Shown: positions 50,933 through 61,114 of the stretch, one piece after another
How the letters are laid out: each line of letters opens with the position of its first letter
How positions within the stretch are numbered: position 1 is the first letter of the stretch
NCBI GenBank assembly: GCA_024346625.1
Contig: AP024666.1
Location: 248,001 to 312,000, forward strand
Length of the DNA: 64,000 nt
Reading direction: 5' to 3'
Source: Williopsis jadinii
Lineage: Eukaryota
The notes under the pieces: model-generated
Told to the model about the DNA's origin: nothing
The model's input: the letters and a program-made list of their open reading frames with translations, nothing else
Databases searched by the model: none
Made by a program: the position numbers and the translations under genes

Positions 50933-52167
50933 TCATTTCTTCAAGATGGTGATAACATCCTCGTCTTCCAAAACGTGGTTCAAACCAACGTGCTGTGGTG
51001 CATGCTTAACACTCGACCCGTACACGACGGCACTTCTAAAGTCGTCAACCAAGGACTTGTGGATCTGGTTACAGAAGTCTTCGACGGTACAACGGTCAGA
51101 TCTCAACACAACAGGCTCGGAGAAGTCTGGCATTCTGCCCTTTGGTTTGGTGTATACCCTCACGAGGTTGAGCCTGTCCCACATCACTTCCAACAGCTCA
51201 TCCAGATTCCACTCCTTACCAGAACTGATAGGCACGGCGTTTGGCACTCTCTTCAAAAGATCCAACTCTTCTATAGAGAATGAGTCGATCTTGTTCAGGA
51301 CGTAAATAGCTGGGATATACTTCCGCTGCGAGGCCTCTAGAACGTCAATCAAATCGTCAACAGTGGCGTCACATCTGAATGCAATGTCCGCAGAGTTGAT
51401 CTTATATTCACTCATGACGGCTTTGATTCCATCTTTATCCAGCTTGGTCAGTGGGACTGTGTTTGTGATGTTCAGCCCACCTTTCTCCTTCTTCTTGATG
51501 AGGATATTTGGTGGCTCCTTGTTCACTCTAATACCAAAGCCCTCCAACTCCTTCTCGATGATCTGCTTGTGTGCCAAAGGTTTGTTAACGTCCAACACAA
51601 TGAAGATCAGGTTACAAGTTCTTGCGACCGCAATAACCTGCTTACCACGACCTCTACCATCCTTAGCACCTTCGATGATACCCGGCAGATCCAACAGTTG
51701 CAGTTTGGCACCTTTGTACTTGATGATACCTGGGACCGTTGTCAACGTGGTGAACTCGTACTCCGCAGCCTCAGAGTGCGTACCAGTAAGTTTGGACAGC
51801 AAGGTCGACTTACCAACGGACGGGAACCCCACGAACCCAACAGTCGCCACACCTGTACGTGCAACGTCGAAACCGACACCTCCACCACCACCTCCTCCGG
51901 TTGGTGTGAGAAGCTCACGACGGAGCTTGGCCAGTTTGGCCTTGAGTTGACTGTCCGCAAGCGTTAGTACAATATCACTACACCATAATCACTCTGTGCG
52001 CACTTACCCCAAATGGTACTCTGTGGCCTTATTCTTCTGTGTTCTGGCCATCTCATCTTCGATGGCCTCTGTAGATGGAACGTCCTGTTAGTAAACCGCT
52101 TCGCTGATGGCTTCCACTCGCCACAAGAAACACACAAAAACTTACTGATCTTCTCAACTGTCGTCAT
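50933..52167 (-). CDS. RBG1: DRG-family GTPase Rbg1; exons 52167-52146, 52068-52008, 51950-50933
   Basis: Spliced [68 protein letters not shown]-terminal TGS domain; both introns GTAAGT/TACTAAC/CAG. Confidence 0.94.
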
Positions 52168-52473
52168 CTTGAACTAAGCTGCCCGTCTCTACTCGCCAAC
52201 GCAACGATACAACAGCCACTTCCAACCACCAGAACCTGCTACAACGCAGTGCTATCCACCTCAAAGCAGTTTTTTTCCACTTTTTGCTCTGCCATACAAA
52301 CAAGACGAAGAGTATGGAAAAAAATCCAAAGAGGCAATTTTCGCGGCCTCTCGGTTTTTTTTTTTCTTTTTGCGTTGTCCACGCTACAAAACTTTTCACT
52401 CAACTTCGCAAGCGCTCTTCGAAGGCCATCGCAGCATCAACGCTAATTTGGGCTTCACAACACTGCTGAAACA

Positions 52474-55400
52474 ATGGCTAAGAAGTGAGTTTTACGTGTG
52501 AGCGTGAGGCGGTATCTGTGTTACTAACGGCGGTTGCGGCAGGGATAAGAAAGGTAAAAAAGCCGGTGACTGGGACGACGATATCGAGTACGATCAACCA
52601 GAAGCTGAGGAGTTTGGGACGCCCCAGGCACCTGCTGAAGGAGAGCAGAGCGGGCCAGCGGGCGCCAGCGAGGCGACTGAAGACGACTTCGGGAACGACT
52701 TCATGGCCACGTTGAAGAAGAACAAGGCCAACAAGGCCAAGAAGGCTGAAGAGGAGAAGGCGACGAAGGGTAACGGTCCTGTGATCAAGTCCAAGAAGGA
52801 GAAGGAGAAGGAGAAGAAGGAGAAGGAGAAGCAGAGAAAGAAAGAGCAGGCTGCCAGAAAGAAGGCCCAGCAGGCTGCGCAGAAGGCCGCTGGTGGCTCG
52901 AACGAGGCCACGCCTGAGCCAGCTGAGAAGAAGGATGAGAAGAAGAGCGAAGGTGCGTCTGCTCCAAGCTCAACGCCTGCGCCAAAGGGTAAAGGTAAGA
53001 AGGTCCCAGCTGGGTTGGCCGCTTTGAGAAAGCAGTTAGAATTGCAAAAGCAAGCCGAAGAAGAGGCCCGCCGTCTCGCTGAAGAAGAAGAGAGATTGGC
53101 CAAAGAAGAGGAGGAAAAGGAAAAGGCAGCTGAGGCTGAGAGAGAGGCTGCTCGTGAGGTTAAGCGTGAAAAGGAAAGACTCAAACGTGAAAGACTCAAA
53201 GCTGAAGGTAAGCTCCTAACAAAGAAGCAGAAGGAGGAGAAGAAGTTACTCGAACGTCGTCGTGCGGCCCTTCTTGCATCTGGCAACGTTGTTGTTGCCG
53301 GTTTGAACTCTGGATCTGGCGAGGAGGCACCAAAGCCAAAGAAGGTTGTCTACGGTAAGAAGAAGAAGACGAACAATAAGGCTGCTGAAGATTCTAAGAA
53401 AGAACAGGAGAGACTCGAGGCCGAAAAGAAGGCCGAGGACGGTGAGGACGAGGATGAAGCATTGGTTGATGACTGGGAACAAATGGCCTTGTCTGATGAT
53501 GATGAAGAAGCCAGTGCTGCTGAATCTGCTAAGGAGGATACATCTGACGACTCCACCCAGACTCAAGAAACCACTGAAATTGAAGAAGATAAAGTTGATG
53601 CTGCTGCACAGGCTGAAGCTGCCATCGCTGCTGCTGAGGCCCAAAAGAAGGCTGAAGAGGAAGCTTCTGCTGCTGCCACGCGTGCTGTTGAGTCCAAGCC
53701 AAAGAAGAACAGTAAGAAGAGTCCTGAGCCTAGCTCTGACATGCGTTCCCCAATTTGTTGTATCTTGGGTCACGTTGATACTGGTAAGACCAAGTTGTTG
53801 GATAAGATCCGTCAAACAAACGTGCAAGGTGGTGAAGCTGGTGGTATTACCCAACAGATCGGTGCCACATACTTCCCAATCGATGCCATTAAGCAAAAGA
53901 CCGCTGTCATGGCACAGTACGAGAAGCAAACCTTTGATGTTCCAGGTTTATTGATCATTGATACACCAGGTCACGAGTCTTTTACAAACTTGCGTTCTCG
54001 TGGTTCCTCGTTGTGTAACATTGCCATCTTGGTTATCGATATCATGCACGGTTTGGAACAACAGACTTTGGAGTCCATCAGATTGTTGCGTGATAGAAAG
54101 GCTCCTTTCATTGTTGCTTTGAACAAGATTGATAGATTGTACGATTGGCAATCTACTCCAAACAACTCCTTCAGAGACTCATTCGCAAAGCAGTCAAGAG
54201 CAGTTCAGCAAGAATTCGAAGACAGATACACCAAGATCAAGGTTGCCCTTGCTGAACAAGGGTTGAACTCTGAGCTTTACTTCCAAAACAGAAACATGTC
54301 CAAGTACGTGTCCATCGTTCCAACTTCCGCTGTTACTGGTGAAGGTGTTCCAGATTTGTTGTGGTTGTTGTTGGAGTTGACTCAAAAGAGAATGTCCAAG
54401 CAATTGATGTACTTGTCCTCTGTTGAGGCTACCATCTTGGAAGTTAAGGTTGTTGAAGGTTTTGGTACTACAATTGATGTTATCCTGTCTAACGGTTATT
54501 TGAAAGAAGGAGATCGTATTGTATTATGTGGTATGAACGGTCCAATTGCAACGAATATCCGTGCTTTGTTGACACCTCCACCTGCTCGTGAGTTGCGTAT
54601 CAAATCCGAATACGTTCATCACAAGGAAGTAAAGGCTGCATTAGGTGTTAAGATTGCTGCCAATGACCTTGAAAAGGCTGTTGCCGGTTCTCGTTTGTTG
54701 GTTGTTGGTGAGGATGATGATGAGGAAGAGATGATGGAGGAAGTTATGGATGATTTGACCGGTCTTCTTGATTCCGTTGATACATCTGGTAAAGGTGTTA
54801 CCGTCCAAGCATCTACTCTTGGTTCTTTGGAAGCATTGTTGGATTTCTTGAAGGATATGAAGATTCCTGTCATGTCTATTGGATTGGGTCCAGTGTACAA
54901 GCGTGATGTTATCAAGGCAACAGCCATGCTTGATAAGGCCCCAGAATATGCCATCATGCTTTGTTTCGATGTTAAGGTTGATAAGGAAGCTGAGCAATAC
55001 GCCGAACAAGAAGGAATTAAGATCTTCCAAGCTGACATTATTTACCATCTCTTCGATGCTTTCACAGCTTACCAGGAGAAACTTCTTGAACAACGTCGTA
55101 AGGACTTCTTGGAGTACGCTACCTTCCCATGTGTGATGAAGACAATCCAAATCATTAACAAACGTAACCCAATGATCATCGGTATTGATGTCGTTGAAGG
55201 TTCTCTAAGAATTGGTACACCTGTCTGTGCTGTGAAACTTGACCCTGATACTAAGCAAAAGACAACTATGGTGTTAGGTAAGGTTGTTTCCATGGAGGTG
55301 AACCACAAGTCTGTGGATATTGTGAAGAAGGGTACAACCAATGCTGGTGTTGCTGTTCGTTTGGAGAACCCATCTAACGCTCAACCAGTTTGGGGACGTC

Positions 55401-55543
55401 ACGTTGATGAGAAAGACACATTGTACTCGTTGATTACACGTAAGTCTATTGACACCTTGAAAGATCCAGCATTCAGAGACACTGTTCCAAGAGAAGACTG
55501 GCTCCTGATCAAGTCCTTGAAACCAATCTTTGACATCAAATAA
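52474..55543 (+). CDS. FUN12: Translation initiation factor eIF5B; exon 1 52474-52484, intron 52485-52542
   Basis: ATGGCTAAGAA|GTGAGT...TACTAAC...[32 protein letters not shown]. Confidence 0.96.
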
Positions 55544-55720
55544 TCTCCTCCTGGAATATATCATATATATCATCATGTTAATGTCCATGTTTTTGTTTAA
55601 CCATATTTGTAGGCATCATTTGATCTATCAATGCATTAAAGATTGTATATAAAAGAGATATCTAATGTACAATAAAAACATGAGTGTAACTTTTCTTCCA
55701 AATCCATTAAAATGTGTTGA

Positions 55721-58700
55721 TCACACATCCTTTGGCATTTGTGCCAATAAATCGAAACCACCAGTACCAACACCGGACAACTTACCCAACACGATACGAG
55801 CAGATGGAGATTCAAGCTTTTCACGATCACTATCAAGAACTGCCTTAGTGAGGAACTGACATGTTGTCTCATAAGACATCTTCATGAAGGCAGACGTAGA
55901 TGAATCAATACCTTGACGGTTAAAGGCGAGGTATGTACCTTCCCTAGTCATCATATCACCAATCAAATCCAAGTGACGAGAAGACACTGTAATGGCATAA
56001 CGGCCGAAAACGTTCTGGATTTCATTAACAATTGTGTTTCTAGCAGCCTCAACACCATAAGTCTTCAAGACAGCGTAGACATCGTTGGAGGTGATACCAT
56101 TGACGTCGATGAAGTCATCTTGATCCCACATGGCCTGGAAGTTAACACCTTCAGTTGTCAACACACGCTTTCCATTCTCTGGTTGTGGGTGGAGACAACG
56201 GCCAATATGTGGAACCTCTTTAACGACAAAGCGACGACAGATGTCTTCAATGATGTTGACCATCAACAGCTTCTGTGTGCCAGCAGGAAGCACAAGACTG
56301 AACTGGCACCAAGCACCGTTGGCGTCATCGAAATCAAACTTAGTGATAAGATCGTGTGCACTCAAGACTGCGGATTGTCTGTCACGGGCATTCTTGGTTG
56401 ATACAGTCTTCTTGGACTTTTGCTCCTCTTCATCAGAATCGGAATCTGAGTCAGAGTCATCGGAGTCGGAGTTCATCTCTTCATCAGACTTCTCAGCAGC
56501 TCTCATAGTTTCCAGTTCATCATCATCCGGGCCATCGTAGGAAACGGATTCCTTGCCCTTAGAACGTTGCTTTTCGTCATCAGCATCTTCATCTTCACCT
56601 GCCTTTGAAACAAGTTCGACGTCCTTGAACTTAGGAAGAGCAGTACCAACCTCTGGCATGGACTCATTATTAGGCTTCTTCTGTTTCTTGACCTCTTTGA
56701 TGATAGCCACCTCGACAGTTCTTAAGAACTTGTCCACAATGATCTTCTCAAGATGCTCCTTGGATACGTCATACTCCAGATGGTACTCTTCGCTGTTGAA
56801 GAACTTGAAGTCAATGTTGTAAGCACGACCCGCATTTTGGCCTTCACCAGCAGTTTCAGTAACAGTGACATGATCCACAAGCTCAGAGAATACAACCTTA
56901 GCAACAGAACGACAGAAAGCATCAGCCATATCGTCATCCACTTCATCTTTGATTGGCAGTGTCATCTGTGGTGTCTTGATAGAAGCGGAAGCTGTCATAA
57001 TGATTTCTCTCATACGAGGAATACCCAAAGTAACGTTTGCTGCACCGTGACCAGCAAAGTGGAAAGTGTTCAAGGTCATTTGGGTAGATGGTTCACCGAT
57101 AGATTGGGAAGCAATAATACCAACAGCCTCACCAGGGTTAATCAGGGAACGCATGTACTTCAGTTGCATCAACGCAGCAAACTTCTTCTCAGAGATTCCG
57201 GATTTCTTGAAGAGTTGTGGATTCTCAGAAATGAAGTCATCCAGCTTCTTGTCAAATTTCTCAGAAACAGATCCCAAGTATTTTGCTGGGTTGTAGACGG
57301 ACAATACTGGGTCATATTTCGTTGATTCAGAATTCTTCTTGAGGTGTTTTTTAACCTTCTTGGAATACTTCGATGCAACCTCAGTGTCCAAATGCTCAAT
57401 CAAGTGACCTGGATTGTATTTGGCTAACAGAGCATTGTAGTTATCCATACAGAACTTGAACTGATTCATGTGAGATTCTTTGGTAACATCAATGGCATCA
57501 CCACCGTACAAGAATTGAATCAGTCTACCATCACCATCTCTGACAGAGTTATCATATGTGACATGAACACCCTCCAACTGTTTAGTCAAACAACGCTGTA
57601 AGTAACCGGATCTAGAAGTCTTCACAGCAGTATCAATCAAACCTTCACGACCAGCCATACAGTGGAAGTAGTATTCCTGTGGTCTAATACCAGAATAGAA
57701 ACGTCCCTTGATGTAACCACCTGCTCTGGCATCAGTCTCGTATGCTTTGAAGGATGGCAAGGTCTTACCACTCACCATGACAGGCACACGTCTACCTTCC
57801 AAAGCCTGTTGACCTAACAAACACATAATCTGAGACACGTTGACGTTAGAACCCTTGGCACCAGATAAGGCCATCGCTTGCATGGAGTTATCTGGGAATC
57901 TCTTCATAGTACCATCAGGAACACACTTTGAAACGACTTGGGATGTAATGGCGTTAACCTTCGACTGGGTGACAGCATCGAGAATACCAGATTTATTGTC
58001 ATCACGGTAAACTTCTTCCAAACGTTTCAAGAACTCAGGATCATTCTGTTTGACATCTTTATCCAAGTTTGTCACCTCAGCAGCAGCAAGACGACCGACA
58101 TCAACAGATGTGAGCAAGATCTCGGATCTCCATTTGTTACCTTCTTCAGTCAAACGCAAGTCATCCATACCACAAGTGAATGCAGTATTCACGATGTAGT
58201 TTGTGAAAAGTCTACCAAGCACGGATAAAGACTTACCAGCAACAGCTGGACCATAAACTTCGTGCAAAGAGTGGACAATACCATATTCGGAAGCACCATA
58301 TTGGGACTTATCCAGAATACCACACAACAGCTCACCATTTCTGAATAAAACCTCGTTCTCCTTTGATCCCTTACCCCAGTATTCATTCTTGATCTTATTC
58401 TTAGAGAGCAAATTGATACCTGGTTTATCAGCAGGAGTAATGTTCAACAAAACAGTTGTGATAATTTGCTTACCAGTCCACAGGGGTTGTGGTTTGTAAA
58501 TAGCTGGTGGAACAGTGACCAATTTCGGTCTTGTAGAGTGACCATCTTCTGGACGAATACAAGAATATATGTACTGTTGGTATTGCTCCCTGGTAAAGAA
58601 TGAGTCCTTGTTCGTGATCCAGACACCAGCAGAAATGTGATCTTGAATCAAACCTCTTAAAGGAGAACCAGAAGTTGGAGTCAAGTATTGCGAGTCGGTG

Positions 58701-60568
58701 TTTGCTAAGTTCAAAGCTTCAGCTCTTGCATTTTCGTTTTGTGGGAAATGCATATTCATTTCATCACCATCGAAATCAGCATTATAAGCATTAGTGTTGG
58801 CATAATGCAAACGCAGTGTCTTTTCACCAGGCAGGACTCTAACCTTATGACCCATCATAGAAGCCTTGTGCAAAGTTGGTTGACGGTTCATGATCACAAC
58901 ATCCTTGTTCTTGATATGACGGTAAACCTTCTTGTTAATAACATGAGATGTGTTACCAGATGGAGTCATCAATTGGTTGGCCAAGGCCTTACGTTGGTCC
59001 AAAGTCATACCAATCAAAGATATCAAAGAACCATCCTCATTTTGAATTTGGATGGCACCTGGCCACTTGTCGGGTCCGTTAATCACAGCCTGACGCAACT
59101 CTGCAGCGTTGTGAGCAGTGACCGGCTCAGGATAAGTGAGCTTTCTGGCAAACACTGGTGGGACACCAATCTCGTTTGTCTCGATGTTTGGATCTGGGGA
59201 GATAACCGAACGAGCAGCGTAGTTCACACGTTTACCCATCATGTGCTTTCTGAACAAACCTTCCTTCTTCTCAAGGGCTTGCTTCACACCCGGAACTGGA
59301 TTACGAGAGGCGCCGGCATTTTGGTTCTTTGTAGAATCAATGAAGGCATTGACATCGTTTTGAATGGTGACAAATGCATTCATGAGTCTGTTGAAAGTGA
59401 TTTTTCTATCATCAGCAGTCATCTTGTCCTTTTCAACGGTGGAGATTTGGTCATTTAAATCACGGATGAGCAAAGATGTTGTCAAAATCTTGGACAACAG
59501 CTCATTTTGAGAGTTTTCATGGACCTCTTCACCAAGTTTCGAAGGCATACGGAATCTTGTTGGTGGAACCACAACAGCTTGGAGGAAAAACAGGTCTGGT
59601 GAAGTTCTATCCGTAGCTTTTGGTCTTGAGTGGAACAAGAAATGAATGATTCTCTCTTCCCGCTTGAAGAGAGCACGCATGATGTTTCTGACCTCAGTGC
59701 TCAAGACGTACTTGGACCCCTTAGATACTGTTCTTCTTTGAGGAGCATCCAGGTCATGATCACCACTTGCCTTCTTGTCACCAGCCTTGATCATGTTTTG
59801 ACGCAATTGACCCTTGACTCTGTTGTTAATCTCCTGTTTATCGGTCAATGGGTTTTCAAAGATTTTGGTGAATCCATCTTTTCTGAAAGTTGGTGAGAAC
59901 ATGGAACAGTTATCACATTTCTTTCTGGACAAGATTCTCTTGTAGAAATCGTGGATCAGCTTCTTACGCTCCTCGTTAACAGAGGCCGTTTGAATACCAT
60001 ACTCGCTAGTTCTTCCCTCTGACAATGCCTTGGCGACGGAAACATCAACGAATTCTTCTCTTCTGGCAATGAGGTCCTTCTCAGCCTGCGGGTTGGACGA
60101 CAGGAATCCTTCCTCCTCGGCCTCGTCCTCCTCGACATCCAAGTCAAGACGCATATTGTCAATCTCAGCTGTCTCCAGCAGCAGTCCGTACTGTATGAGT
60201 CTCAGCTTGCAGGCAAAGAGATGGACCTCCAATGACTTGAGCTTGAACTTGTGGCAGTAGAGACAAGCAGATCTCAGAAAGATGTAGAGTTGGTTGAAAA
60301 ACAGCGGGTTGTAGACTGGAATAGGCAGGTCGATATGACCTTGATGACCAGGACAGTGTTTATCATCCAGTCCACACGTAGCACACAAGTTCCTCAAAAA
60401 CGCTCCGAGAGCCAAATCGTACAAACCGCCAGAGATGGGATGACCCAGGTTGTCAAAGACTGTTGGGTTCGTGATCTGTTTAGCAGACAGCTTGCGGATC
60501 TCATCTGCAGTAAGAGCACCAAAGTCCACTGAGACAATCTCTGAACCGACAGGTTTAGCGATATCCAT
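55721..60568 (-). CDS. RPA190: RNA polymerase I largest subunit
   Basis: MDIAKPVGSEI, GLFRKHMMGKRVN, YNADFDGDEMN, TAVKTSRSGYLQR, TQMTLNTFHFAG. Confidence 0.98.
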   Translation of the reverse strand: MDIAKPVGSEIVSVDFGALTADEIRKLSAKQITNPTVFDNLGHPISGGLYDLALGAFLRNLCATCGLDDKHCPGHQGHIDLPIPVYNPLFFNQLYIFLRSACLYCHKFKLKSLEVHLFACKLRLIQYGLLLETAEIDNMRLDLDVEEDEAEEEGFLSSNPQAEKDLIARREEFVDVSVAKALSEGRTSEYGIQTASVNEERKKLIHDFYKRILSRKKCDNCSMFSPTFRKDGFTKIFENPLTDKQEINNRVKGQLRQNMIKAGDKKASGDHDLDAPQRRTVSKGSKYVLSTEVRNIMRALFKREERIIHFLFHSRPKATDRTSPDLFFLQAVVVPPTRFRMPSKLGEEVHENSQNELLSKILTTSLLIRDLNDQISTVEKDKMTADDRKITFNRLMNAFVTIQNDVNAFIDSTKNQNAGASRNPVPGVKQALEKKEGLFRKHMMGKRVNYAARSVISPDPNIETNEIGVPPVFARKLTYPEPVTAHNAAELRQAVINGPDKWPGAIQIQNEDGSLISLIGMTLDQRKALANQLMTPSGNTSHVINKKVYRHIKNKDVVIMNRQPTLHKASMMGHKVRVLPGEKTLRLHYANTNAYNADFDGDEMNMHFPQNENARAEALNLANTDSQYLTPTSGSPLRGLIQDHISAGVWITNKDSFFTREQYQQYIYSCIRPEDGHSTRPKLVTVPPAIYKPQPLWTGKQIITTVLLNITPADKPGINLLSKNKIKNEYWGKGSKENEVLFRNGELLCGILDKSQYGASEYGIVHSLHEVYGPAVAGKSLSVLGRLFTNYIVNTAFTCGMDDLRLTEEGNKWRSEILLTSVDVGRLAAAEVTNLDKDVKQNDPEFLKRLEEVYRDDNKSGILDAVTQSKVNAITSQVVSKCVPDGTMKRFPDNSMQAMALSGAKGSNVNVSQIMCLLGQQALEGRRVPVMVSGKTLPSFKAYETDARAGGYIKGRFYSGIRPQEYYFHCMAGREGLIDTAVKTSRSGYLQRCLTKQLEGVHVTYDNSVRDGDGRLIQFLYGGDAIDVTKESHMNQFKFCMDNYNALLAKYNPGHLIEHLDTEVASKYSKKVKKHLKKNSESTKYDPVLSVYNPAKYLGSVSEKFDKKLDDFISENPQLFKKSGISEKKFAALMQLKYMRSLINPGEAVGIIASQSIGEPSTQMTLNTFHFAGHGAANVTLGIPRMREIIMTASASIKTPQMTLPIKDEVDDDMADAFCRSVAKVVFSELVDHVTVTETAGEGQNAGRAYNIDFKFFNSEEYHLEYDVSKEHLEKIIVDKFLRTVEVAIIKEVKKQKKPNNESMPEVGTALPKFKDVELVSKAGEDEDADDEKQRSKGKESVSYDGPDDDELETMRAAEKSDEEMNSDSDDSDSDSDSDEEEQKSKKTVSTKNARDRQSAVLSAHDLITKFDFDDANGAWCQFSLVLPAGTQKLLMVNIIEDICRRFVVKEVPHIGRCLHPQPENGKRVLTTEGVNFQAMWDQDDFIDVNGITSNDVYAVLKTYGVEAARNTIVNEIQNVFGRYAITVSSRHLDLIGDMMTREGTYLAFNRQGIDSSTSAFMKMSYETTCQFLTKAVLDSDREKLESPSARIVLGKLSGVGTGGFDLLAQMPKDV

Positions 60569-60636
60569 TGTTGTACACTCGAACTTGGCCTTGTTTGTGT
60601 CCTGTTAAAGCTTTCTTTCTTGTGTTTTGAAAGAGG

Positions 60637-60707
60637 AAAATTTTGGCATGAAAAAGAAGCAGAGGGAAAAAAATTTGATGCGGTCCGCGCACTCTTAGGC
60701 GATGAGG
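60637..60707. promoter_or_regulatory. RRPE-like (AAAATTTT, AAAAAAATTT) and PAC (GCGATGAG) motifs upstream of RPA190
   Basis: aaaatttt ~60637, aaaaaaattt ~60668, gcgatgag ~60699. Confidence 0.65.
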
Positions 60708-61114
60708 TTGGAGGAGTTTTCATTAGATCGGAAATCCGGTTTGGTAGTCATCGAAGGTGTATTCTGTTCCAGCAATGGGTGTAGTACGGGCTGATAATGC
60801 GTGGTGTAATGTTCAATTGAGGACGGAGACTGGTTTCCCAGAAGAATTAGGGAGTAGCAGTTTCTAAAAAGGGAATATGGGACAAGATAAAAGAGGAGCC
60901 GAGTCCTCGGAATTCCACTAGATCCGGAACTTCTTCCCTCGGATCTCGCTCCTACGGTTTAATTCAGCAAAAAAATCTCGACAGCGGTTAATTTTTATGC
61001 TTTGTTTACACAAAAACAAAACAAAAAAAACATTCAACCCGACAAATCAGATCTCTCTAAACAGCAACGAGAAAGAGGTGAACGTAGACGACTGTTAGGT
61101 ACTCTCTGTTTGAT

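Noticed and set aside
52594..59458. Long antisense ORFs over FUN12 and RPA190 (e.g. 52594-53286, 53246-53929, 58739-59458), and similar ones over other genes
   Set aside because: Shadow frames expected from the codon bias of highly expressed genes; no independent motifs
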